64,000 bases of DNA, from contig OZ024750.1 in NCBI GenBank assembly GCA_964016885.1, positions 26,040,001 to 26,104,000 of the forward strand, given 5' to 3'. Positions 1 through 14,396 of this stretch are shown piece after piece. This stretch comes from Eledone cirrhosa (Eukaryota). Numbering within the stretch: the first letter of the stretch is position 1; the number at the start of each line of letters is the position of its first letter. Position numbers and translations under genes: made by a program. Below the pieces are notes generated by a model. It was not told the DNA's origin. It worked only from the letters and a program-made list of their open reading frames with translations, and searched no databases.

Positions 1-1258
<1,258 letters not shown>

Positions 1259-1460
1259 GTATATATATATATATATATATAACGTAGGAGGTGTGGTACG
1301 GAATCAGATGGACCATAATGCACCAGATTACTCAATACTTGGGTAGTAGAGTGGGTAATAGGAAAATGTTTAATCCGTTTCGACGGCTGTTTCTGGACTC
1401 CAGAAATAGCCGTCGAAACGGCTTGAGCACTGCCGTCGGGGTTAAACATTTTCCTATATA

Positions 1461-1517
<57 letters not shown>

Positions 1518-1579
1518 GAAGAGAGAATGTGGGTAGGACAGAGAGAGAGTAAGAAATGTGTTAGTGTGTTTGCTACCCG

Positions 1580-1614
<35 letters not shown>

Positions 1615-1713
1615 CTCAAACAGGGGGCTGAATCACACGGCCCCGCAAACTACTTTTCTATGGCCCTTGGTAGAACCAATATTTCAGATTCCATTATAAC
1701 TGGTGAAAATAAG

Positions 1714-1930
1714 GCGGTGAGCTGGTGGAATCGTTAGCACATCTGGCGAAATACTTAGCGGTACTTCTTCCGTGTTAACGTTGTTAGTTCATATTCCGCC
1801 GATCTCAACTTTGCTTTTTATCCTTTTGGAGTCGATAATCTAAGTACCAGTTGTGAACTGGGATCGATGTAATCGACTGGACCGTAAACCCCAAATTTCC
1901 TGCCTTGTGTCTATAGTAGAAATAATTGTA
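1714..1930 (+). mobile_element. SINE (octopus-type); other copies about 21735-21950, 61395-61610, and minus strand about 4670-4840 and 6145-6335
   Basis: ggcggtgagctggtggaatcgttagc head, B-box-like gagttcaaattcc in the 21.8 kb copy, shared 3' part; five copies in window. Confidence 0.8.
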
Positions 1931-2556
1931 ACTGGTGAAAATCATCACCCACCACAACATTTGGCCCACTGTGCCTCTCCTCCAGGACGTAATGGCCGTT
2001 TTATGACCTTGAGTTTGAGAGTCCTCTTCTACACACACACACTCATATATATGCATCCACTTTACTTTTTTTCTGTCTCTGGACTACGCCCATGCTGTAG
2101 CATCACCTTGGTAAGTTATGGGGACGTCAACAAACCAACAAGCATTCGTGGGAGGGCAAACACAAACGCAAAGACAGACACAGGCATATATATATATATA
2201 CGACGAGCTTCTGTTAGTTTCGCTCTATCAAATCTTCCCACAGGGTTTGGTCGGCCCGGGCAGTGTGACTGAACCCGGAAACATGTGTATATCGTATTAA
2301 ATTAACAATGAAAATAAAAACAACAAAGTCAAGTAACTTTATAACTTCGTTGTTTTTAATTTGTTGTTTTTATTTTCATTGTTAATTTAATAAATAATAT
2401 CTGACTCTGTATCTAAAGAATTAACTCAGCGAAACACAGAACTTCACTATGGATTTTACGGGATTAGATTGAGTTTTATCTACGGTAGGGACCCTACTAC
2501 CAGAGGTAGACCACACTGAAGAGGAAAAAAAAATTATATATATATGTGTGTGTGTG

Positions 2557-2611
<55 letters not shown>

Positions 2612-2959
2612 TACATACATATGTACATACATTTACCTATGTGTATAACTATACATTTATATATTTGTATGTATGCATGCATTTATGTTTAAGTGTGTGT
2701 ATATGTGAGTTGATTTAAATAGTTTTGGGTAAGGAGAAAATTTTGACTCCAGATTTTATTACCTAGGGAGATTAACACAACAGTTGTTCCTCCTCATCAA
2801 ACACCAACGCCGGCCTGTATCTAGTATGCATGTGTATGTATGTATGTATGTATGTATGTATGTATGTATGTATGTATGTATGTATGTATGTATGTATGTA
2901 TGTATGTATGTATGTATGTATGTATGTATGCGTGTGTATGTTCGTATGTATGTATAAGT

Positions 2960-3360
2960 ATTTACCCAAAGCTTTCATCACCATTGCTTCTTATTCTTGC
3001 CATTTCTGTTGGTGTTGTTCTTGTAACTGTTGTCATAGTTGTGTAGCCCTTATTTTCATTTTGTTTGATTTCTTTCGTTTTCTTTTTCTTTTATCTCGCT
3101 AAGGAATTCGTTGACAATCTTCTTTCATTTACTTTCTTCATTTTCTTCATTCAAATGCATCCACACTGGCTGTCTCAGAGACGTACAAATATGGCTTATA
3201 AATTTACCAAATTAAAGAGCCTTCCAGCGCTCCAAAAGCTTCAAACGCCCCCTAACGACCCTTGCTCCCTAACGACCCCTTGCTCCCAAACGCCCCTCTA
3301 AGACCTCCGAATCGCCCCCGGGAGTTCATATGCCTCCCGTTGAGAACCTTTTGGTTTAGA
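2960..3360 (-). mobile_element. Non-autonomous hAT-like DNA element; related copies about 10172-10545 (+) and 62580-62975 (-), fragments at 18584 and 23575
   Basis: aaaggttctcaac terminus resembling hAT MITE ends; dispersed copies in both orientations. Confidence 0.5.
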
Positions 3361-5085
3361 CAGATAGCATATTAGATTGTAAAATAAAAATCATCGATTT
3401 GGCTGAATACCAAACAATTCCAATGGGGATGTAATTGTTTAAATCTAACGCAGGATAAACACATAATTTGAGCACAATTCAAGGACACATATTTTAGGGT
3501 GAGCTAGATGTAAATATATCAAGTCACTACTCATTGAAAGTTTGTCAGAGACGAAAGAATGGAAGTCAAGTTTCTACTGAATGAGATATAAACTGTGTAT
3601 GTGAAAGGATATATGTCATTACAACATGTCATTAAGAAAAGCGCGCTACCGCCTCTTCTAACCAAAACCTTTCGGAAATTAAATAATATCCTAATTATGT
3701 AGAAACCAAATGTAATATTTTATTATAGCTTTTCACTACTACATTAGTCCATCTCAAACCCCTCTGGAGATAATTTCCTGTTTAATAACTGTATAATTTA
3801 CTGGAGTTGGGGTTTACTAATTGTATCCCTTTTCTGTTGTTGTTTAGCGTGAGGCCAGTCATAACTAAGGACACCTATCATCAAGAACATTTCAGTCATC
3901 ACCATACTAACATTTAGGTGCCTTACGAACAACATTATTTGTTTTTGACTGCTTTCTTTAGCAGTTCGAGCGGCTATAAAGAAAGTGTCCTCCCCACAAG
4001 TAACTTTCTAACAAATAAATACGCAGAACCAATTAGATATACCCAGATCTCAGACATTTGTATCTGTCAGGTTTTGACTCATACAAGACACTCAAATACA
4101 TTTACCTCATGCATTATCCTTATTCAATAGATCATGTTATAGACATTATCTCAATAACTATATATTTCCCAAACCCAGTTAAAATAAAATTTAAAATATG
4201 GGATAACACTCAATCTGATGAAGTCTCAGCCAAGTAACATCAAATATATTATCCAGAAATTAAATTATAAAAGAATATTAACAATTTTTTAAACAGTTAC
4301 CAATTTGCACCAGCACTGATGCAAAGGCATATTGCGTAAGGCATATTGCCTATAAGAAATATGACTTACATGGCCACGATAATATAAACTGGCAAGACAT
4401 ATGTATTGAGAAACCGAACCGATTTGCAATACAAGACTGTTACTTATTCTATCGACTAATCAGTAGCGGTGAAAATCACATTCGTATCAGAACATAAATA
4501 AGTGAAAATAAATGACACAAGAACATATTTTATATTGGTTAAAATAATTATCTTACCTAGGTTAATTGTTTCAATTATATAAGAATGGACGAATTAGATT
4601 GTTCGATGAGAATATCTCTCTGGAAATTATTAATGATACGAGAATTTGTCTTCTGTTAGAAATAAATAATTGTTTCTACCTTTGGCACAAGGCCAGCAAT
4701 TACCTAGTGCATTACTGGTACTTTATTTTATCGACTCCGTAAGGATGAAAGGCAAAGTTAACCCCAGCGGGATTTGAACTCAGATCATAAAGGTCCGTAA
4801 CTCTTTGCTGCAAAGCATGGGGTCCGACCCTCTACCGATAATGTGTTATAAATATGACTGAATATGAGATTGTGATCAAGTCGTCATTCCCTCATCAATT
4901 ATTTTTATTTTGTTAAGTACAATGTTATTTAATAATTTTTAAATTTCCTTTTGCTGTAATAAAATTAATAATTAATTTGTAGTTTAAATGTAACATGTTT
5001 TTTTTTTTTGTCTTAATCTGAAAAACATAGTTCTCAACACTATATTCTAGTTCTCACTTTTACCACTCACTTGTTGAAAATATAG

Positions 5086-5515
5086 CTACTCTCGCAGGCA
5101 TAAACAGGACAAAAAAGCCTTAGGTAACGACAGCGGAAAAGCCAGTGGAAAAGACAGCGGAAAAGACAGTGGAAAAGACAGTGGAAAAGACAGTGGAAAA
5201 GTCAGCGGAAAAGACAGTGGAAAAGACAGTGGAAAAGACAGTGGAAAAGACAGTGGAAAAGACAGTGGAAAAGACAGCGGAAAAGACAGTGGAAAAGTCA
5301 GTGGAAAAGACAGTGGAAAAGACAGTGGAAAAGTCAGCGGAAAAGACAGTGGAAAAGACAGCGGAAAAGACAGTGGAAAAGTCAGCGGAAAAGACAGTGG
5401 AAAAGACAGTGGAAAAGACAGTGGAAAAGTCAGCGGAAAAGACAGTGGAAAAGACAGTGGAAAAGACAGCGGAAAAGACAGTGGAAAAGACAAAGGAAAA
5501 GACAAAGGAAAATAA
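5086..5515 (+). CDS. Probable last exon (cytoplasmic tail with about 30 DSGK repeats) of the upstream paralog of the EGF-repeat receptor
   Basis: Acceptor ...aaaatatag|C; joined to a phase-2 TM exon reads [23 protein letters not shown](DSGK/VSGK)n [11 protein letters not shown] at 5513-5515; AATAAA at about 5672; position is colinear with the region downstream of the TM exon in the duplicated copy. Confidence 0.6.
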
Positions 5516-5545
5516 AAAAGAAAAGACAAAGGAAAAGACAAAGGA
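5129..5545 (+). repeat. 12-bp minisatellite (GACAGYGGAAAA)n
   Basis: About 32 tandem units visible directly, with frame preserved. Confidence 0.95.
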
Positions 5546-5822
5546 AAAGAGAGCGGAAATAACAGAGGAGAAAAATCTGGAGAGATGGGAAATTAGACCA
5601 CATAAAAGATATTTCTAAAGATACGGGTGAGTTGGTTGTTTTATTAACTGTTGAATGTCTATACTTAGTTTAATAAAACTGTAATATTCTCGAAAACCAA
5701 AGAAATTTTATACATACATATATATAAAAAAGAGTCAGGACCCCGACGGCTGAGCTCCTGACGTTTCGACAGCTAAATCCGAACTAAGCCACCAGTATTA
5801 GAACGTGTCTGTGTGTGTGTGC

Positions 5823-5873
<51 letters not shown>

Positions 5874-6413
5874 CGTGTGTGTGTCTGCGTGTCTGTGTGT
5901 GTGCGTGTATGTTTATTTATACATTTATACAAACTAACACATTTAAAAATATTAATAAGAAAATATATGATCACGTGACAACCTGGTTGAGCTTGTTTTG
6001 TTTGGGAAGTCTGAATTTCATAATGGGTGCATTTCGATATATTGGGTCCTACATCTATCTACCACACACTGTTGACATGAAATATCCATCTGCACAGTCT
6101 TATAGCTCAGCTATATTTATATGTATCTATATCTCTTCAAATAATTGTTTCTACTTTTGGCACAAGGCCAGCAAATAACCAGTACACTACTGGTACTTTA
6201 TTTTATCGACCTCGTAAGGATGAAAGGCAAAGTTAACCTAGGCGGGATTTGAACTCAGATCATAAAGAGCCGTAACTCTTTGCTGCAAAGCATGGTATCC
6301 CACCATCTACTGATACTGCCAATCCACCGCCCTATATCTCTTCAAATAATAAATGCAACATATATAACTCGGTTTATCTATTTAGCTGCAGTTCATTTAT
6401 CCATTTTCTAACT

Positions 6414-6866
6414 ATCTATCTTTCCTTAAAAGGTCGAGCGGAGGTGGCGAACACTTACATAGCGAATTTCTGTTTTCCTCTGTATAGTGGCTATGGTAAA
6501 AGAGGTTATAAGGTGGACAAGATGGAGAGGGCTGAAGACAGATGCCTTTCACTCCGGACAACTCATTCCCTTCTTTAGGTACCACTTTAGAAGGAAAATC
6601 AGAGTGGAGAGAAAGGCACTGCACCCCAGTAAATTTACTGGAATGTGGGTGAATGTAGCAAAAGTGGCCCGAGAGATTGGGCCTTCTCTGTATATAAATC
6701 TGTAGGTTGAAGAAGAGAGCAAAAGAAAGAATGGAGCACTTGCACAACACGCTCGTGGAGTTGAGGGTTGTTCAATCTACGGGGTATAAAACAATCCATT
6801 TGTAGCCCCCCCCCCACCTCCTTGTATTGTCCCCTTTTCTTGTGCACCCTTGTGGCAAATAAAGAA

Positions 6867-6910
<44 letters not shown>
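6414..6910 (+). mobile_element. Truncated, internally deleted Tx1-clade LINE fragment with (ATCT)n tail
   Basis: LKGRAEVANTYIA joined to AMVKEVIRWTRWRG...LYINL*, 3' UTR, aataaagaaatctatct. Confidence 0.85.
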
Positions 6911-6912
<2 letters not shown>

Positions 6913-8188
6913 TGGAGATTTCGATTGTTGAAATTGTTTGTCGTGCCTTGTCCCCGTGAACACCTCGCCAAGATGGAACGCATGCCCTTCCAGTTTCTGT
7001 GGAAGAAGCAGGCTCCGCTGGTGAGGAGATCCGTCTGCTGTCAGCACCCTTCCAACGGAGGGCTGGGAATGCCGTGGCTGATGATGCGCAAACATGCGCT
7101 GAGGCTGCGGCATCTCCAGGTATTCCTCACCGACCCCCAACCGGTGTGGGCACCGTTTGTGAGACAGGCTTTCCCACAGCTCGTCTCGCTAACGGAGCTG
7201 CAGTCCTGGGTGAAGAAAAGACCGAAAACGATGGGCGCCAGGCACATTGAATGCGCTCAGGCGCTCACAGTCCTCTGGCAAGCGGGCGCAGCAATCAGTG
7301 GAGACTCCACTTCGACATTCTATAGAGGGATTGTAAGTTACAAGGGCGACGACGTGCTCGGAGAGACTCTGGGCGTCGAAGACGATGAGCTCACCAGTAT
7401 GTTTGGTAGGACTTTCCGCCCGGGACCTATGGACAACTTCCAGAGGTCCCTGGCCTGGCAGTGCTACCGAGGAGCTCTACCGGTTCGTGACAAGATCTAC
7501 AGGCACGGACGCCCTGGCAGGGATCCTTCCAAGAGGACGTGTCCAAGATGTGCGCAGGACATTGAAACAGTTCTGCACGCAATTGTACACTGCCCGGGCG
7601 TAAGCGACCTGTGGAACTATGCAGAACAACTGCTGTCGCGTATGGGACAAATCCAGTTGACTGCCGAGTCCATAGTAAGGATCAAACCGCCAGCCTCTTT
7701 CAAAAACGAAAGAGAGACGGTTTTCCTCTGTACGGTGGCTATGGTGAAAGAAGTTATATGGTGGACGAGGTTGAGAGGACTGAGGACAGATGCCCTTCTC
7801 TCCGGACAACAATTGATTCCATTCTTTAAGTATCACTTTAGAAGGAGAATCAGGGTGGAGAGAGAGGCACTGCACCCCAGTAAATTTACTGAAAGGTGGG
7901 TGAATGAAGCGAAAATGGCCCGAGTGATTGGGCCTTCTCTGTTTATAAGCCTGTAGTTTGAGGAAGAGAGCAAAAGGAAGAAAAAGCACTTGCACAACAC
8001 GCTCCTTGAGTTGAGGGTTGTTCTATCGACGGGGTATTAAACAACCCATTTGTGGCGCCTCCCCCCTATTGGGGATTTCGATTGTTGAAATTGTTTGTTT
8101 TTATATTTTTTACACGACTGTATGTAAAATCCCCGGCATGTCTTTGTATTGTCCCCTTTCTTGTTGCGCCCTTGTGGCTAATAAAGAA

Positions 8189-8244
<56 letters not shown>

Positions 8245-8245
8245 C
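6911..8245 (+). mobile_element. 5'-truncated Tx1-clade LINE (ORF2 C-terminal part, 3' UTR, (ATCT)n tail)
   Basis: ORF to 7956 homologous to the C-terminus of 55177-58614, including CPRC...HAIVHC zinc knuckle. Confidence 0.9.
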
Positions 8246-10589
8246 TTTACCTATCTATCTACCTATCTACCTATCTATCTATATGTCTGTCTTGTTAGTC
8301 CGTACGTCCTTCCCTCCATTCGTCCGTCCATCCTTCCCGGCTTTTTAGTGTATTGTTTATTGTCAATTACGTGCGTTGACGCTGTTAAATTAAATTTACG
8401 TAAATTCAAAAAAATTGCAAGGCACACAATGGACCGATTAATCTTATGTCCACTAATAAATGCCGAAATATCTTACATCTTTACTGTATTTTAAAAAGTA
8501 GGAAATATTGATCGATAGACTACAATAGGCACGCCTAGCTAAAACAACATTATTTTATAATCTTCTCTACGTACGCTCACTTCTCAATTTCATTTCCTTC
8601 TCTACATTTCTTTTGACTCTCACTTTTCCTCTTTCTTTTTTTCTGACCCATCACGCCTTTCTTAACATCACGCCCTCTCTTAGATTTTGAGTGACTACTT
8701 CATTGGTTGTCTTGCAAACGTGTAACTAACTACTTAGAATAAGCATGATATCTTCAGCTACATCTGTATATATCTGTTACTAAATCACATAAGAGAGACG
8801 AAATGTGAACTGTTATTAGTGAGATAAAATCTCTTGTGGTACTACCATTTTAAATAGTATAACTGTTTATACATTTTTGTGGGTTGCTCAGATGTCTAGC
8901 CACCCTATATAAAGACCCGAATGTTATTGAACATGATTGTTCATTTTTGGACAAAGGTTTCAGTGTGAGAATAACATGATAGCTTGCCGTGTTCGTTTCA
9001 GGATCATCTTCTAATTCCACTGACTTCATAGTTCCAATGACTTTCAAGGAGGGCAAAGATAAAATATCTCCCATTGGAATCTTTTAGCTAGACAAAGCAG
9101 AACTATAGAATGTACGTCAACTTTTGGAAGACTACATTTTCTATTAGGGCTTACTTTTGACTCATGTTTTCTTTTAATCATTACAGGTTTTCGATAAACG
9201 ACTACAGTTTTCCGGCTGGATGAGCTACAGATATCAAAGGAAGAGTTACTTGCAACTTTAATGTGTCGCATTTCTCTTTCTATGTTTATAATATTAATAA
9301 TTGAAACTATCAATATTTTAAATCCATTAAACAATAAAAAAAAGTTGAGGATCAGATTCTCACATTTTTTTTTTTTCCTTAAATGATTGTCAAAATCAAA
9401 GCGAAATTCCCACATGACACTCTCGTCTGAATTTCTTGTTTGATGTTCAAGTTGAACATCTGTAAATCATTGTTAAAAACATGAGCCGGGTATAAAACTA
9501 GGTGGGCATTGTTCTGGACAGGAGACATTATGGGGAAAGAACAATATTAAGAAGAAAAAATATGAGAGTTGGCTAGGATACGATGAATACGCATGAGGTG
9601 AAAAAGTTATGCAAATATCTAGAGCAGAACAACAGATCATTATACTAGTGATGTAAATAGAAAGAAGAATAACAGACGGCAAGTCTATGAATGTCCTTTC
9701 TGATTTGTTTAATAATGATTGTGTGTATCAGTAGCATTGTTGTGGAGATTTGAGCTGAAGTATAATGTGGCTTTAAGTTGAACCTAGTAGAGTGTTAGAA
9801 ATTGAGTGGGATTGATGTATTTTCTGGCTCTATATATGGAATTTAATGTGTGTGAAACAATTTATTCCTGTGTTATTTCTTAGGTTTCATCAGATGTTCC
9901 AATATTTGTATCAATGTTGAAAGTCTTAAGTGTATGTTAATCATAATTAGAGAGTACAAGGTACGACATTATGTAACAGATGTATGTAGTGACAGAATTG
10001 TTTTTTTTGGGGGAGAACGTTATCCTCTTCATATTGACAGATGTTCCCAAAACCATGGATTCACTTTATGTTGGTGTTGGGTACAAGTGACACATGTATG
10101 TGACAATCTAAGCAGAAGTAAAGTGTAGCAAATTTTGAGTTGCATTGTGCCTCATTAGAGGCAATAACAATGTAGAGCAAAGGTTCTCAACGGGGGGCAT
10201 ATGACCCCGGGGGCGTTTCGTAGCTCCAGGGGGGGGGGGGCGTTTTGGAGCAAGGGGCGTGGGGAGAGGTGTATGAAGATTTGGGGGCGCTAGGCTATTT
10301 ACTTAGGTAGATTTTATAAGCCATATTTTTACGGCTCTGAGACAGCCAATCAGAATGCATTTGAATAAAGAAAACTAAGAAAATAAATAAAAGAAGCTTG
10401 TCAACCAATTCCCGAGGGAGATAAATGAAAAACGAAAGAAATCAAAGAAAATGAATATAAGGACAACGACAACTTTTACAACAGTTACAAGAACAACAGA
10501 ATCGACAAGAAAAAGAAGCAATGGTGATGAAAGGTTTGGGTGTATACATATACATACATAGAATCATACAAACACATGCATACATACAT

Positions 10590-11183
10590 CGTTTTCGAGT
10601 ACGGCCACTACTTTATATCCATGTAGAAGAACCCCTAGCGATGCGCTGAACAAGTGTGACTTTTTAGACCAGCCGGCGACTTGAAAACTCTGGTACAAAC
10701 ACTACATCTGTGACATTTATTGACACATATTGCTGGGCCCATGGTGCCATGTGGCGACAAGGGCAGAGATATCTCTAGATATAAAGCAATGCCTGTGCCG
10801 TGAAGCCTTTATAGTGAGCAAAGGCACTGCACAAAGCCAGTCCCACTCTCTTAACCATGATGATATTTACCAAAAAGAAGAACAAGTCAACATCATTGGA
10901 TACCATCAGGGTTGCAGGTGTTATATCAGAGTTTTCCTTCTCCTAGAATTCTGCCTTGACAAAGGCTAAGGGGTCATCTCTCCCAGTGATTTTGGATGGC
11001 CATTGACTCTTAAGAGCTCCGTTGCCCTTTGACAGGTTTTGTTTTTAGTCCTGCAGGATGTCCAAAGTCACCCTCCTCACCAAGAAACCTTGGTGGGGTT
11101 GCCAGTTTAGTCGCCAACGACCCGACCATGAGACAGGCTGTACTGGAATACATGTTACCAGTAGCACGAACTGGTGACCTGAC
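10590..11183 (-). mobile_element. Short non-autonomous RTE-derived-like element (5' head fused to 3' zinc-finger end); second copy about 22599-23170 (+)
   Basis: Two oppositely oriented similar copies flanked by (CATA)n; 3' end encodes CSVCTRVF..AGLKSH...HR. Confidence 0.6.
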
Positions 11184-11885
11184 ATACATACATACATACA
11201 TACATACATACATACATACATACATACATACATACATACATACATACATACATACATACATACATACATACATACATACATACATACGATGGCGACCGTT
11301 GTGGTCAGTGTCTGATAATCGGACGTGTGTAATTACGGCTTACATGAAGGCAACATACTATATATTGGAAAAAGTTGAGCTACATTACGCGGTAAGATTA
11401 CATACAATAATTCTACATAAGTGTTTGAACTGTAAGTGTGTTGTAAAACACCTATTTATATGAACGATACATACACTTTAACATATAAATGCAACGTTGT
11501 TATATTACATTTATAAAGAAATATACAAGTAACGTTTTCGATTCAGAAACAAAACATAGGTGTTTGAAATGTGAATATGTTGTGAATAAGTTGTAGAACA
11601 CCTATTTATATGAATGATACATAAACATTAACATATAAATACAGCGTTGTTATATTATATTACATTCATAAAGAAATATACTAAGTAACGGTTCTTTTTG
11701 TTCTCGATTCAAGAACAACGTTTAAAACACAGTTGTAGAATTAAAAACTAACTGAAAAGAAATATTACCCAAGCTGTGAAAATCTTTAAATTTGATTCTG
11801 ATAGAACTTTGTCGAAACTTTTAAAGAAGATCATCGACTATTTTGAAAAATAAATACGAAATATTAGTGAATAGACGAACTCATC

Positions 11886-14230
11886 ATGGTAAAATGTACA
11901 AGTCTCCTTCGACCAAATCGCAACTACAACCGTTGTATACAGTGAAGGCACGAGCTTAACCAAGAATTATATGAAGCATACAAACAATCTGAACCCCAAA
12001 AGTTCGGTTTTATGCAAAGGCTAAAAACTTTGTGGAACTCCAAACACCCAGAATTAGACTTTTCTCCAAAGCATTTAAATGAACAGGCAAAACGTATCAT
12101 TAGATGTAAATTGATACATCTAACGGAATTGAGTGATACTACAAATACAGCCCTTGCAGACAACCACCCCACCTCCACTGACAGACAAAGAGAATGGCCA
12201 GCTAAATCTAACAGTGAACAGCTCACCAACAATTTTGCTGAAATCCATCCCACTTCCACTGAAGAACAGCGAGAAAGGTCAGCTAACTCTAGTAGTAATT
12301 GTCACCACATCAACAACGAGGCTGAAATTCATGACTCTACTGTACAAACAGAAGACCAAAAACTAGTGGACACCTTACAAGTGAAATGGGACGATATGTT
12401 TCAAGAGATACACAGCGTTAATGTGAGTGACAGACCATACAAGACCAGAACCAGTAAAGAACCCACTAAATTGGAATTGGAAGCGGTGAACGAAATAGCT
12501 GGCAATTATCTGAAGGTTATACGATCTAAAGGTGTAGAAACGACATTTGAAACGCTTAATATTTTGTTATGTTTCAGCTGTCACATTGCTATCATATAAC
12601 ACACATCTAAAACTACGTAATCAAGATACAAACAAAAAGCCTGAACCAGCGTGCATGCGAAATTTAAAAAGCAAAATTTTGTCCCTAAGACGAAGTATCT
12701 CACACATCGCAGTCGTTATGAAATGCAACATAGAGAGCAACTTCACACGACACCAGGAAGACCTAAAAAAAAAGTTAGAGAGACGATTTGGAGATACAAA
12801 ATTTAAAACTTTGAACTCCAAATTACACCAGTTGAAACAACAACTCACAGCTACAACAGAAAGACTAAAATATAAGTCAACAGCACATAAACGACAAGTA
12901 CTAAATAGATTGTTTGCCAGAGATCCTAAATCAGTTTATCGCAGCTTCGGTGGCAAAAGCGCAATCCCTGTAAATGACACCCCTTCAAAAGAACAGGTTG
13001 AGAGCTACTGGAGATCTGTATGGGAAACGGATGACGGATTCAACCGACAAACTAATTGGCTAAAAGAACTGGAACAGGACTACTGCCAACATGTCCAGAC
13101 AAAACAATATGACATAGATGGGTCAATACTGGAAACAGCTCTACAGAAAATGTCGAATAGGAAATCACCAGGCCGAGACCTCATTACAGGATACTGGTTG
13201 AAGAATTTCACTTTCTATCGGCAAGATCTCATACGGCTGTTTACAGAAACCATTAAAGGCACACAAGAACTGCCCAGATGATTATCAACTGCCACTACTC
13301 TCCTCATTCCCCAAAATAGCCAAACCACCCTTGCTAAAAATTACCGCCCAATAGCCTGCCAAAACATCATGTATAAATTATATACTGGGTGCCTTAACCT
13401 GTTCTTACAGGATCACTGTGATACCAACAACATCATAACACCTGAGCAAGCTGGTAGAAAGAGGGAGGTGTGGGGTTGCATAGATCACCTACTAACTAAT
13501 AAAATGATTCAGGAAAAAACAACAAAGAATCGCAGAAACATGACTGTGGTGTGGCTGGACTATCAAAAAGCATTTGATAGTGTACCTCATGGGTGGATTA
13601 TTAAGGCTTTACAGTTAGCCAAAGTCCCACAAACATTGGTAGCTGCTGTTGAACGCATGACCAAGAACTGGTACACCGATTTGATCCTTAGAGGTGAGAA
13701 GGAGCAAGTTAAGACTGATAAGATACATTACCAGAAGGGCATCTTTCAGGGTGATAGCTTGTCAGTGCTACTCTTCGTTCTCTCACTAAATCCACTATCT
13801 TACCTACTCAGAAAACAAGGTGGACAAAGAAGTGGGTCCAGAAGTATCTCCCATCTTTTCTTTGTTGATTACCTGAAGTTGTATGGGCCAAATACCAATG
13901 ACACCAAGAAACAATTGGACCTCATTACACAATTTTAAACACAGGAGTTTACAAATCCAGTATCCAAGATACACCTTTACCTTCATACCCATCATTATTG
14001 GAGCTACGGGTTATATACTAACCCGCTTGAACCAAAGTATGACTGAACTTGGATTTGCGGACAAAGAGCGCAGCTCCCTCATTTATAGTCTACAAATGGA
14101 TGCGATAGCCGGTACCTTCAACATTTTCAAAACATTCTTGCGATTCAAGGGATGGCAATTTCTTTTCTTTTACAACCTTGCCACCAGTCAACGCAATCAG
14201 TCGCATATTTTGGCGTGGGAGGCTATTTAT
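11886..14230 (+). pseudogene. Degraded R4/Dong-like non-LTR retrotransposon ORF (RT with remnant restriction-like endonuclease end)
   Basis: KSPGRD, NYRPIACQNIMYKLYTG, WLDYQKAFDSVPH, GIFQGDSLS, SHLFFVDY (mutated catalytic DD), FIPIIIGATG; frameshifts, stops and an internal deletion. Confidence 0.85.
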
Positions 14231-14396
14231 TAAATTTAAGATGAATACTATCTCCGACAGTAATGCCACAACTACAGTCATGTTGAATAATTGGTTATTC
14301 TTCTAACTATATCTTCTGAAGACACCTTTTATTCGAATTCGTATAGATATCCGGATAATTACATAATTCATTTTACAAGGATTTGCTACAAACAGC

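Noticed and set aside
4214-4235. CTGATGA here, and CTGANGA at about 2516, 14316 and 39964, as hammerheads
   Set aside because: No properly placed stem II-GAAA-NUH
5129-5545. CRISPR-like array
   Set aside because: Contiguous 12-bp units without unique spacers; eukaryotic context
5145-5618. (VEKT)n ORF and antisense (FPLS)n ORF
   Set aside because: GTG start and no ATG; the splice phase of the TM exon favours the DSGK frame, though this is not proven
8850-10130. Minus-strand ORFs as host exons
   Set aside because: No recognisable motif or consistent splice chain; left unassigned
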